Shown here piece after piece: positions 25,304-35,236 of a stretch of 64,000 nucleotides of DNA. The notes under the pieces are model-generated. The model saw nothing but the letters and a program-made list of their open reading frames with translations. It was not told the origin of the DNA and ran no database searches. The translations under genes and the position numbers were made by a program. Each line of letters begins with the position of its first letter. Positions within the stretch are counted from its first letter, which is position 1. The DNA comes from an uncultured Candidatus Sumerlaeota bacterium. Its GTDB lineage: Bacteria > Sumerlaeota > Sumerlaeia > MWCT01 > JAGHBZ01. The stretch is from NCBI GenBank assembly GCA_964608095.1, contig CAZSMK010000011.1, positions 103,282-167,281 of the forward strand. The letters are read 5' to 3'.

Positions 25304-27700
25304 TCACTTCCTACCCTGTTTCTTCTCTTCCTCTGCTACACTCTTGATAACACTCATCACGCTGTCAGGATTCAGGGAGATAGAATCAATACCGCTACGC
25401 ACTAAGAACGCAGCAAAATCAGGGTGGTCGCTTGGCGCTTGCCCGCATATTCCCACCTTGGTATTGTTCTCATGCGCGGTCTTTATCAACATTCTAATCA
25501 TTCGTTTCACTGCCTCATTACGCTCATCAAACAAATGGGAGAGCATGTCGGAATCACGGTCAACACCCAATACAAGCTGAGTGAGATCGTTAGTCCCGAT
25601 AGAAAAACCATCAAAGCGTTTGGCAAATTGTTCGGCGAGTATTACATTTGAAGGAATTTCACACATTACGTAAACCTCGAGGTCGTCCTGACCGCGTTCG
25701 AGCCCGTTCTCTTTCATAACTTCAAGGACTTCGTCTGCTTCTTCAACAGTACGGCAGAAAGGAATCATGACGACCACATTTTTGAATCCCATCTTGTTGC
25801 GGACTCGCTCAATTGCATGGCACTCGAGTGCGAATCCTTCGCGGTATTTCTCTCCATAATAACGCGAAGCGCCTCGCCAGCCAAGCATAGGATTATTTTC
25901 TTTCGGTTCAAAATATTCTCCACCGATCAAGTCTGCATACTCATTAGTTTTAAAATCACTCATCCTGACAATGACGGGTTCCGGATAATTGGATGCGCCT
26001 ATTCGACCGATGCCACGTGAAAGTCTGTCCACAAAATATTCCGTTTTGTCGTCATACATTTTTGTTAATTCTTTGATCTGCTTCTGTGCTTTTTTATCTT
26101 CAACTCGATCGAAATGTATCAGGGCAAGTGGATGTACTTTGATGATATTGTTGATTATGAACTCCATACGAGCAAGACCAATCCATCGAGAAGGAAGCAT
26201 CCACCAGCGAAACGATGCCGCTGGACTGGCTATATTCATCATAATTCGCGTCTTCGTTTTCGGAATCTTCTCCAGACTTATCTCAGAAGTCTCATATTCG
26301 AGAATGCCATCGTACACATATCCGATATCGCCCTCAGCGCACGACATCGTGATCTCCTGTCCGTCTTTGACAACTTCTGTCGCTTCTCCTGTGCCAACAA
26401 TTGCAGGAATGCCCAGTTCACGGCTTACAATTGCTGCGTGTGAGGTTCGACCTCCATGGTCGGTAATAATACCGCTCGAACGTTTCATAATCGACACCCA
26501 ATCGGGATCGGTCATGCCGGTTATCAATATCGAACCGTCTTCGAATTGATCGATGTCCTCGGCATCTTTTATCACGTTTGCTTTGCCCGTTGAAATCGAT
26601 TGTCCAATGGCTAAGCCTTCGAGTATCCGTTCGCCTTTCTCTTTTAGCGTATATGATTTGAATAATTCCTTTGCCTTTTGTGATTGAACGGTTTCCGGTC
26701 TGGCTTGCACAATAAACAACTCACCAGAAATCCCGTCTTTCGCCCACTCTATATCCATGGGCTTTTCATAATGGTCTTCTATAAGTTTTGCCCAGCGGGC
26801 TAATTGGACTATCTCGTCATCGTTCAGGGCATAGGAGATGCGTTCCTGGCTGGTTGTGTCTACATTCTTCGTGCTCTTTGTACCACCTCTTGTGTAGACC
26901 ATTTTCTTTTCTTTCCCCCCGATCTCTTTTTCAACAATCGGTTTGTATTCATCCTTGTCGAGAAAGGCTTTGAACACCATATACTCATCCGGCGTAATAG
27001 AACCTTGAACCACATTCTCTCCCAGTCCCCACGCTGCATTGATTACGACAACATCCGGGAAACCTGTTTCCGTATCGATCGAGAACATGACTCCGGCACA
27101 GCCCTTGTCGGATCTGACCATTTTTTGCACACCGACCTAAAGAGCGACTTTCAAGTGTTCAAATCCTTTTTCTTCCCGGTAGACGATAGCCCGATCGGTA
27201 AAAAGTGAGGCAAAACATCGCTGAGACGCCTCAAGGACTTCATCCTCGCCCTGGATATTCAAAAAGGTTTCCTGTTGCCCGGCAAAACTCGCTTCCGGTA
27301 AATCCTCCGCCGTCGCACTGCTCCTCACCGCTACATCCAGTTCGTCCGTATCGTTTCGCTTGCAGAGTTCCCGGTATGCTTCCTTGATCTCTTGCTGGAT
27401 GTCTTCAGGAAATTCGGATTTATTGAACAGCCGCCTGATCTTTTTGCCCGTCTTTTCCAACGATTCTTTCCCCTTCTTCCATTCATCCAGGGCATCATGC
27501 AATTTCTCTTCAATATCGTTATGTGCAACAAACTTCCTGTATGCCACGGCAGTGGTGGCAAACCCGCCGGGAACACGAATACCCTTCTCTTTCAAGGTAT
27601 GTATCATCTCGCCCAGAGAAGCATTCTTTCCTCCTACCGTCTTTACATCATCAGACCTCAAATCCTCAAACCATCGTATATACTCCTTTTTTTCTGCCAT
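25304..27700 (-). pseudogene. ppsA: phosphoenolpyruvate synthase (PEP synthase) interrupted by a single in-frame TAG (two ORFs: 27700..27137 N-part, 27130..25304 C-part)
   Basis: The N-part matches the PPDK_N ATP-grasp start (MAEKKEYIRWFEDL...VGGKNASLGEM) and the C-part continues in the same frame (QKMVRSDKGCAGVMFSIDTETGF..., the phospho-His domain, the PEP-utilizing TIM barrel). The two sizes, 187 + 608 aa, together equal full-length PpsA. A TAG at 27137-27139 sits in the conserved ...VAL-x-xGVQKMVRSD segment. Confidence 0.75.
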
Positions 27701-27734
27701 ATAGAATCTCCCGTCTTCTATGGTTTCTTGAATA

Positions 27735-28736
27735 TTACCCTACTGTATTCTGCGGCTTTCCTGCAATAAACGATCTTATATTTTCCGCCGTGGTTTTTAA
27801 AATCCTCCCAATCGCCTCTCGAGTATAAAAGGCGCTGTGCGGTGTGATAAAGACATTCCTGAGTCGAAGAAGTACATGATCAGCAAGGAGTGTTTCCAGA
27901 TCGTGTTCCTTTTGATAAATCGATCGTATAAGCTCTGCTTCTTCACGAATCAAAGGCTCATTGGGCAAGACATCAAGACCAACCGCACGAACCTTTTCAT
28001 CCGCTATTGCATTCATCAACGCTCTGGTATCAACAATATTTCCACGTGCCGTGTTTATAAAAACAACGTCTTTTTTCATCTTGGCAAATTCATCGTCGGA
28101 AATTAAATGATGTGTCCCCTTGTTGTATGGAACATGTAATGTGATTACATCAGCGTGTGATAAAAGCTCGTCCATAAATACATAGGCAAATCCCAGGGAT
28201 GATGCCATCTCTTTATCTGGCTTAATATCATAGGCAATGATTTCCATACCGAAGCCATGGGCAATTTTGATAACGCATTGCCCTATGGATCCCGTCCCTA
28301 TAACACCAAGCGTCTTTCCCTTGAGATCAAATCCTTTTAATCCCTTGAGCGAAAAATCACCTCTTCTCGTTCGGTCTACAGCATCGACAAGTTTATGACT
28401 GATCATGAGCAAAAGTCCAAAGACGTGTTCTGCAACGGTATTATCGCCGTAAGTCGGAACATTTGAAACAATTATACCGTGTTGTGAACAAAAATCCGTG
28501 TCGATATGGTCGTAACCGGTAGACCTTGTTGCGATTAACTTCAAATCCTCGAATTGACTCAATATCTCCTCGTTGAGCTCGGAATATATAAAAGTAGATA
28601 TTATTTGAGCATCCTTATATTGAGCCACATTCGCCATGCTTAATGCTTCATGACTATAAGTCACTTCATGATTAGCCTTCAAATCTTCACACATTTCACA
28701 TTCCCACTCTTCAATTTCAAAAAAGAGGATTTTCAT
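27735..28736 (-). CDS. D-isomer-specific 2-hydroxyacid dehydrogenase (NAD-binding)
   Basis: NAD-binding motif GVIGTGSIGQCV and catalytic-domain pattern, in 333 aa. Confidence 0.8.
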   Translation of the reverse strand: MKILFFEIEEWECEMCEDLKANHEVTYSHEALSMANVAQYKDAQIISTFIYSELNEEILSQFEDLKLIATRSTGYDHIDTDFCSQHGIIVSNVPTYGDNTVAEHVFGLLLMISHKLVDAVDRTRRGDFSLKGLKGFDLKGKTLGVIGTGSIGQCVIKIAHGFGMEIIAYDIKPDKEMASSLGFAYVFMDELLSHADVITLHVPYNKGTHHLISDDEFAKMKKDVVFINTARGNIVDTRALMNAIADEKVRAVGLDVLPNEPLIREEAELIRSIYQKEHDLETLLADHVLLRLRNVFITPHSAFYTREAIGRILKTTAENIRSFIAGKPQNTVG

Positions 28737-28806
28737 AGTATCCCTCCGATCTTTTTCCCCTAAAGGTTATTCCACTATTTATATAAGGTATGCGAGAGAT
28801 GAACGT

Positions 28807-29382
28807 TTATTGAGAAAATTTTCTGTAATCGTTTACGAGATTTGCATTGCACTTTGGACATTTAAGATCGCGACACGAAGCGCCTTTCGCCTCTATAACT
28901 TCACCACAAAAAGGACAAATACATATATGTCCGGGATCTGGCTCGATATCGCGGGGTTGCCCTCTGCCTATCCCCTCCCCCGGCTTGGGCTCTTCAGGGG
29001 ATGACGTCGAAGGACTGCCGGCTCCTTGATACATTCCCACTTCAGGTCCAATTCGCAATGTCAACTCATCTGCATTATATCTATCAATCGCATCCTGCAC
29101 AGTACCGGCATGGATATCAAATACCCGTATACCTCCCGCTCCCAGGATATCTCCCGCTGATGGCTCTATATCCCCGCCTATTAATGCCTCTACTTCCTTG
29201 TCAACGATAAGTCGCGCTGCCTCTTTCTCGCCATCTTCCGGATTCTCGACCGCTGGATTGTCTATAACCTCTTCTACCCTATTGGTTTCAGTATTATACA
29301 CAATGAAAAATTTACAGTGGCTAAACCTTTCATCTACTTCTGAATCCAATTGTTCGCCTTTTGATGTGATTATTATTTTCAT
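28807..29382 (-). CDS. NifX/NifB-type dinitrogenase FeMo-cofactor-binding-domain protein with C-terminal zinc-ribbon extension
   Basis: The N-terminal roughly 110 aa (MKIIITSKGEQLDSEVDERFSHCKFFIVYNTE...) match the PF02579-like fold. The C-terminus has CICPFCGEV...CPKCNANL (4 Cys). Confidence 0.6.
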   Translation of the reverse strand: MKIIITSKGEQLDSEVDERFSHCKFFIVYNTETNRVEEVIDNPAVENPEDGEKEAARLIVDKEVEALIGGDIEPSAGDILGAGGIRVFDIHAGTVQDAIDRYNADELTLRIGPEVGMYQGAGSPSTSSPEEPKPGEGIGRGQPRDIEPDPGHICICPFCGEVIEAKGASCRDLKCPKCNANLVNDYRKFSQ

Positions 29383-29467
29383 GAGTCATAACCTCTCTTC
29401 TTTCATCATTACACCTTTCTTACATTTAATCATGTTCTCGGATTCTTTTTCAACAGTATTATGAACC

Positions 29468-29905
29468 TTATTTAATCTCTATTTTTCTTCCCTCCTTTTC
29501 TTCTTTCTTCGGTATCTTTAAAGTCAAAACGCCATCCTCTAAGGTCGCTTTTATGTTTGATTCATCGACCTCACTTGGTAAACGTAAAGAGCGTTTTACC
29601 TTTAACGTCTTCCGTTCCGAGACTTGTTTTTTACCTTTTGTCTCCCCGGGTTCACGTTGGGCGGAAATCTCCACCATCCCCTTACTCAAAGTAACATCGA
29701 TTTCATCTTTTTTGAATCCGGGTAATTCCGCTTCTACTATAATGAACCCTTCATCCTCGTACATATCAACCGGATAGACGCCGGTTAATTCAGTTTCCGA
29801 AACATCGTCTCCCCATAACCAATGCGCGATATTATCCAGTTCACGGCGCATAAGTCCTAAACGGTTTTCCCAGAATTCTCGTCTTGATATGGGGTCTGGT
29901 AACAT
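29468..29905 (-). CDS. small heat-shock protein (Hsp20/alpha-crystallin family)
   Basis: Alpha-crystallin domain pattern (DMYEDEGFIIVEAELPGFKKDEIDVTL...RSLRLP), in 145 aa. Confidence 0.85.
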   Translation of the reverse strand: MLPDPISRREFWENRLGLMRRELDNIAHWLWGDDVSETELTGVYPVDMYEDEGFIIVEAELPGFKKDEIDVTLSKGMVEISAQREPGETKGKKQVSERKTLKVKRSLRLPSEVDESNIKATLEDGVLTLKIPKKEEKEGRKIEIK

Positions 29906-29969
29906 TGTTATTACCTCCTTTTTATTTTTTCTTATATCAACCTGAATATAGTGATCTCAGAATGTCTAA

Positions 29970-30368
29970 TCACCTGAACCACACATACCGTGCAATAATG
30001 GCAGCAATTAAGAAAATTACTAAAATCCAGAAGAATATGCCGAACACGGTAGCTGCTACTTCTTCGGTCTCGAGTTGTTCTTGACCTTTCCTTTCTGCTC
30101 GACGTACTTCCTCCGGTACCACCGCCGCCAGAAGAAGGATGAATATCACAGCCATAAAGAAGAACGGCAACCAGTATCCCCCCACTAACGCCGGTCCAAA
30201 AGGCGTAATCCATATACCGCCCGCCCAGATAAGGAGCAGAAACAGAATGAATAAAAAGATTGCGTCTGACATAGGTGATACAGGTCGTCTCCATCCAATC
30301 GCCGTCATAAGAATAATTAGAGCGATGATGGCGAAAAAAAGTGCGAAAATAAAATCGACGATTACCAT
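29970..30368 (-). CDS. small polytopic membrane protein of unknown function (start probably at MVIVDFIF)
   Basis: Four strongly hydrophobic TM segments and a charged C-tail. The alternate-frame ORF at 29932-30405 is low-complexity and rejected. Confidence 0.5.
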   Translation of the reverse strand: MVIVDFIFALFFAIIALIILMTAIGWRRPVSPMSDAIFLFILFLLLIWAGGIWITPFGPALVGGYWLPFFFMAVIFILLLAAVVPEEVRRAERKGQEQLETEEVAATVFGIFFWILVIFLIAAIIARYVWFR

Positions 30369-30501
30369 TTGTTTTCTCCTTAAAAAAAGATGTGGGAGCA
30401 GACAAATTTCTTCACAATCCTCTGCTACTTTCATGTCTGCTCCCGCTTATCTCTCCATCACTCACACAACCACGTAAAGGATCTCTTAAAGAGCAAAACT
30501 A

Positions 30502-31356
30502 TCAATATGCATAAGGAGGATAAGAGCGATAACTGGTACTGAAATAATCACCCTGATATGGTCCTTCGTAGAAATATGTTTCCGGTGGTCTGCCAAAACT
30601 ATAGACGACGTCGAGTTTATTCTCAACGGATCGAGCGCCACCTTCAAACGCATTCTTGACGGCAAGAGCCGCTTCATAGCGTGTATCAACTTCACCGGTT
30701 AATGTCACGTTGCCATTATCAACCTGTACATTAACGTCATCGCCGTCAACAAGGGCGCTCCAGAAAAACTGGCTTTCAATATCTTCTTTTATTTCCCAAT
30801 CCGGTTTACGCGTCCACACATAGTCAATAATGATATTATTCTTAATATCAACAACACCGGGCTGCCGCGATGTCACATCTTCTGCCCGTTCTTTCTCAAA
30901 GTAAGAGTTAACGCGTCCGTTCAAATAGACAACACCATTAACTACAGTAACCGCTATCTGATATGTATCGACCACCAAATCGAAATCCAAGGCGTTGCGG
31001 ACAATATTGGCAATCTCTGCATCACTGTAAATAGTTGTCGGCCTTACCTTGATATGATTATTAACTACTGAGCGAACTCCCCTCATTGATTCAGCAATTC
31101 GTTCCGCTCTCTCTTTCGCCAACAGATTGTTTACAGTTCCTGTAAGCGTTACAATGCCGTCATCGACGTTTATCTCTATCTTCTGTGCACCAACATTTTC
31201 ATCAAGAATAAGATCGGTGTCGAGTGCTATCCTGATTTCTTTATCCGACAACTCCTCTTCCTGGGCTATAGCAGAAGGATACAAACCTATACACAGGAAA
31301 AGAAAAATGGAGAGATACATCAGGGCTGTGATGTGTTCCTTTTCTGAGTTCCCCAT
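30502..31356 (-). CDS. periplasmic BON-domain protein (OsmY-like, three BON repeats)
   Basis: A signal peptide followed by three repeats of the BON pattern (e.g. IVTLTGTVNNLLAKERAERIA, VVYLNGRVNSYFEKERAED, VTLTGEVDTRYEAALAVKNA). Confidence 0.75.
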   Translation of the reverse strand: MGNSEKEHITALMYLSIFLFLCIGLYPSAIAQEEELSDKEIRIALDTDLILDENVGAQKIEINVDDGIVTLTGTVNNLLAKERAERIAESMRGVRSVVNNHIKVRPTTIYSDAEIANIVRNALDFDLVVDTYQIAVTVVNGVVYLNGRVNSYFEKERAEDVTSRQPGVVDIKNNIIIDYVWTRKPDWEIKEDIESQFFWSALVDGDDVNVQVDNGNVTLTGEVDTRYEAALAVKNAFEGGARSVENKLDVVYSFGRPPETYFYEGPYQGDYFSTSYRSYPPYAY

Positions 31357-31652
31357 TTTTACTATCCCGTTATTAATACATTCCTCCTTTTTTTTAATAT
31401 TTTCATCTTGTACTTAAAGCGTTATCCTTATATTATTTGTTTTTAATGCTTACTTATGTTCTTTCCACATTATCGAATGAAATGAAAAAACCATCAATGT
31501 TCTGAATCCCCTATTTGGTGACTTTTTTCTACATAAGAAATAGAGAAGAAAAAAGAACGGTATCTTACTTGACACACTGTTAAAAATTATTTATTAAAGA
31601 AGAATATATTCTGGAACTACCGGCGGTATAATTTTTTAAAGAGTGAATATGC

Positions 31653-32414
31653 ATGCCATATAACATCCTTTTAGTTGATGATGATAAAACATTCAGAGAG
31701 GAGTTCGCTGAAGCGCTCTACGATTATAAAATATATCAGGCGGCGAATGGTGAAGAAGCTCTGAAGCATTTGGAACACCCAAACGAAATAGATGTCGTAC
31801 TTTTAGATGTGAAGATGCCGGGATTATCCGGGACGCAAGTATTGAAAAAAATGAAAGAATTGAATCCCAACCTTGGTGTTATTATGCTTACCGGCTATGG
31901 CTCGAAGGAGGTCGTAATAGAAGCCCTCAAGGGCGATGCCGACGATTATATTGAAAAGCCTCTCGATGTCGAAAAAACCAAATCCATAATCGAAAAGGTT
32001 TTATTGGACAAAGGAGTGAAGATAGATATTCGTGATGCTGATTTGCAGGATAAGATTCAACGGGTGAAGCAATTTGCCGAACGTAACTATGACAAAAAAG
32101 TATCTCTTGAAGAAGCCGCCTCGATAGTGTGCGTAAGCCCCAAATATCTGAGCAGGATTTTCAAGGAAAAAACAGGATTAGGTTTCAGTAAGTATAAACT
32201 GGAAGTAAAAATTGAAAAGGCAAAAGAGATTCTTGAAAAGACAGGCTATAGTATCGAACAGGTATCGGAGAAGCTGGGGTATGAAAATACCGCATCCTTT
32301 ATACGTATTTTCAAGAAATTAACAGGATTTACTCCACATGAATATCGAACCAGGAAAAAAGCCGCGTTTTCGCAAGGAAGAAAACCAATCCCTGGTAAAT
32401 CACGACGGATCTAA
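31653..32414 (+). CDS. response regulator, REC receiver + AraC-type HTH output domain
   Basis: The N-terminal REC carries the phospho-acceptor Asp context (ILLVDDD...DVVLLDVKMPG). The C-terminus has an AraC HTH (SLEEAASIVCVSPKYLSRIFK...SFIRIFKKLTGFTP). Confidence 0.8.
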   Translation: MPYNILLVDDDKTFREEFAEALYDYKIYQAANGEEALKHLEHPNEIDVVLLDVKMPGLSGTQVLKKMKELNPNLGVIMLTGYGSKEVVIEALKGDADDYIEKPLDVEKTKSIIEKVLLDKGVKIDIRDADLQDKIQRVKQFAERNYDKKVSLEEAASIVCVSPKYLSRIFKEKTGLGFSKYKLEVKIEKAKEILEKTGYSIEQVSEKLGYENTASFIRIFKKLTGFTPHEYRTRKKAAFSQGRKPIPGKSRRI

Positions 32415-32452
32415 AATGTAATTACAATACTATGTATACAACTGATTTATAA

Positions 32453-34048
32453 ATGCCTGAGAGATTGAAAAAAGTACGTACTCCCATAAATGAATCGGCG
32501 CAACCTGTGCATGCCCTTTCTTTGATAGATCATTTAGAAATACCTGTACTGGTCATAAACCCTGCGCTTAAAATAATAAAAGCAAATAATGCCTTTTATC
32601 AAACATTCAACATCGACTGGAAAAAGGGAGCGAAGCAATCCTTATTAAAACTCGGCGATGGACAGTTTGCTAAGCCTCAGTTGAGAGACCATTTCAAACG
32701 CCTCTTCTCAAAAATGCCATCAAAGGAATATTTTGAATTCCGGGTCAACATTCCCGAGATCGGTCAACGATCGTTTTTGCTCTATTCACAATCAGCACAG
32801 GATATTACACAAACCGGAGAATCCCTTATTTACATTAGTTTCCACGATATTACCGAACGTTTAAAAATAGAATCTGTTTTTCAAAAAATTCAAACCGAAC
32901 TCAGACTACAACCAGATGTCGCTGCGACAGAAATATTTGAAAGGCTTCATAATATCAGGGAAGACCTGGCTCGCCTCCGCGAAGCACATGATATCCTTGA
33001 GCAGTTCTTCTCAAACACCCAAATCCTGATAGCATACCTGGATACCGATTTCAACTTCATACGGGTGAATAACGCCTATGCAAATGCAGATAAAAAATCA
33101 CCCGACTTTTTCACCGGCAAGAACCATTTCGATCTCTATCCCCATGAAGAAAACAAACGTATTTTCCATCAAGTATTAAAAACCGGAACTCCTTATTCAT
33201 GTTACGCAAAACCCTTTGTCTATCCGAATGATAAAAAGAAAACCATAACTTACTGGGACTGGAGCCTGCAGCCGGTTAAAAACAAAGCCGGAGAGGTCGA
33301 GGGCTTGCTTTTATCTATTATTGACGCGACTGAACGTAAAAATGCAGAATTGGAACTTTTAAATACACAAAACGATCTTGCAAAGGCAAAACGTCTCTCG
33401 GATCTCGGTACCTTAGCCGCCACCATTGCTCACGAACTTCGGAATCCCCTCAGCGTTATCCGCACAGCTACCTATAATATAAAACAAAAGAGCAAGAAAT
33501 CTTCCCTATCGAAACACCTCGATAATATAGATAAAAAGACAGAGGAGAGTATCAAGATTATAAACAATATTCTCTCCTATTCTCGAATTAAAATGCCCCA
33601 ATGCAAGAACATTTCTCTCTCTAAACTTTTAGTGGAATCTATCAATGCTGTTAAATCTGCATTTCCCGATAAGAAGATCGTGATTGAAAAAAACTTTTCT
33701 TCATTGAAAAGAACAAAAACAAAAGCAGACCCTATTCAGCTGGCTGAAGTGTTCACCAATGTCTTGAATAACGCCTTTGAAGCCATTAAATCAAAGGAAG
33801 GCAAAATTACAGTTGCCGGGGGGAATCATAATGGAAATTTGATAATATCCTTCACGGATACAGGTATAGGTATAGATCGGGATAAAATCAAGAACCTGTT
33901 TACCCCTTTCTTTACCACCAAAATCCGCGGTACCGGTCTCGGATTATGCATCTGTAGAGAGATTGTAGAACTTCATAACGGCGCTATAACAATTAAAAGC
34001 AAAAAAGGCAAGGGAACCATTGTAACAATCTCCTTGCCCCAAAACTGA
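32453..34048 (+). CDS. PAS-domain sensor histidine kinase (cytoplasmic)
   Basis: PAS regions are followed by an H-box (IAHELRNPLSVI) and the HATPase N, G1 and G2 boxes (NNAFEA, DTGIGID, GTGLGL), in 531 aa. Confidence 0.8.
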   Translation: MPERLKKVRTPINESAQPVHALSLIDHLEIPVLVINPALKIIKANNAFYQTFNIDWKKGAKQSLLKLGDGQFAKPQLRDHFKRLFSKMPSKEYFEFRVNIPEIGQRSFLLYSQSAQDITQTGESLIYISFHDITERLKIESVFQKIQTELRLQPDVAATEIFERLHNIREDLARLREAHDILEQFFSNTQILIAYLDTDFNFIRVNNAYANADKKSPDFFTGKNHFDLYPHEENKRIFHQVLKTGTPYSCYAKPFVYPNDKKKTITYWDWSLQPVKNKAGEVEGLLLSIIDATERKNAELELLNTQNDLAKAKRLSDLGTLAATIAHELRNPLSVIRTATYNIKQKSKKSSLSKHLDNIDKKTEESIKIINNILSYSRIKMPQCKNISLSKLLVESINAVKSAFPDKKIVIEKNFSSLKRTKTKADPIQLAEVFTNVLNNAFEAIKSKEGKITVAGGNHNGNLIISFTDTGIGIDRDKIKNLFTPFFTTKIRGTGLGLCICREIVELHNGAITIKSKKGKGTIVTISLPQN

Positions 34049-34256
34049 CAGTCATAGAAGCAAACCATCTTGAAAATTGTCTTCGCTCCAATTTCCTTCA
34101 GAACCTTTATGGGTAGAAAAAGGCATTAAAAAAGGGGAATCAGGAAATTGATTTCCCTCACTTTTTATGCAAATATATTTATTGTATAGCAATATTCGAG
34201 AATGAATGCTATCGATTTTCTCTAAAATATTTTACAAGAAATAAGCAACATAACGG

Positions 34257-34664
34257 TTGTTCATGACAATAGAAAATAAAATAATAATAATTGATGACGA
34301 TATGGAATTGCTGGAGGAATTAAGTGAAACACTCTCAAGTGTAGGATACACTGTATTTCCCTTTAGCGACGATAAAGTCATAAATAAAATAGAGATGATT
34401 AAACCAGATGCCATACTTCTGGACTTGAAAATTCCCGGTAAAGATGGTTTCCAGATTCTCGAAGAGCTACGTAAAAAACCTGAGGGTAAGGACGTTCCCG
34501 TTATCATTATGACAGGTCATTACGAGCAGGATGAAATGCACGCCGCGGTCGAGCGCTTGAATATTTTTCGATGCCTTTTAAAGCCACTTTACCCGCCTGA
34601 GATTATTGCACTTTTGGAAGATGCTATTGAGGGAACGGAAAAAGATTGGAAAATAGATATGTAA
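34257..34664 (+). CDS. single-domain response regulator (REC only)
   Basis: IIIIDDDMELLEEL...DAILLDLKIPGKDG, in a 135-aa protein. Confidence 0.75.
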   Translation: MFMTIENKIIIIDDDMELLEELSETLSSVGYTVFPFSDDKVINKIEMIKPDAILLDLKIPGKDGFQILEELRKKPEGKDVPVIIMTGHYEQDEMHAAVERLNIFRCLLKPLYPPEIIALLEDAIEGTEKDWKIDM

Positions 34665-34746
34665 TTTTTTTCGACAACAAGACGATAAAAAAGTGTTTAT
34701 CCTTTTATTTATCGCATAACTTTATTGGAAAGAGGAGGAAAATACA

Positions 34747-35142
34747 ATGGCAGAGCTTAAAGATCTTTACCAGACTGCGGATTGGAAACAGGAAAAACAT
34801 GTACCCGTAATCGATGCGCCGGACAAGGTAAAAAAGGGAGAATTTTTTAAAGTCACCGCAACGATCGGTAAAGAAGTGGCACATCCAAACAAGACTGAAC
34901 ATCACATCCGCTGGATTACGCTTTACTTTAAACCGGAAGGTGAGAAATTTCCTTATCAAATTGGTAAAACCGAATTTAGTGCCCATGGCGAATCAACTGA
35001 GGGGCCGGACACAAGCACCGTGTACACCCATCATGAGATGACCATAAGTTTTAAAACCGATAAACCAGGGACAATTTTCGCTGCGAGTTACTGCAACATT
35101 CATGGTCTGTGGCAGAGTTCTCGCTCCCTTGAAGTAGAATAA
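34747..35142 (+). CDS. superoxide reductase, 1Fe class (neelaredoxin/desulfoferrodoxin centre II type)
   Basis: The EKHVP motif (QEKHVPVID) and the His/Cys ligand spacing (HPNKTEHHIRW...CNIHGLW), in 131 aa. Confidence 0.8.
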   Translation: MAELKDLYQTADWKQEKHVPVIDAPDKVKKGEFFKVTATIGKEVAHPNKTEHHIRWITLYFKPEGEKFPYQIGKTEFSAHGESTEGPDTSTVYTHHEMTISFKTDKPGTIFAASYCNIHGLWQSSRSLEVE

Positions 35143-35236
35143 TATCACCACGATAAAGAACCCAAGGATTTCCCGCTGAAGAACAACAGACTCATTCCAC
35201 TCAAAGTTCGTAGGAAGTGATTATTTATCACTCTTT

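Noticed and set aside
27137-27139. The in-frame TAG in ppsA as evidence of a genome-wide stop-codon reassignment.
   Set aside because: TAG is an ordinary terminator elsewhere in the window (dctP at 883-885 and the LigD ligase gene at 42881-42883, the latter followed by an RBS and the next start). A local nonsense mutation or error is more parsimonious.
29932-30405. A 157-aa alternate-frame ORF overlapping the small membrane protein gene.
   Set aside because: Low-complexity Gly/Ser/Arg-rich translation. The other frame gives four clean TM helices.
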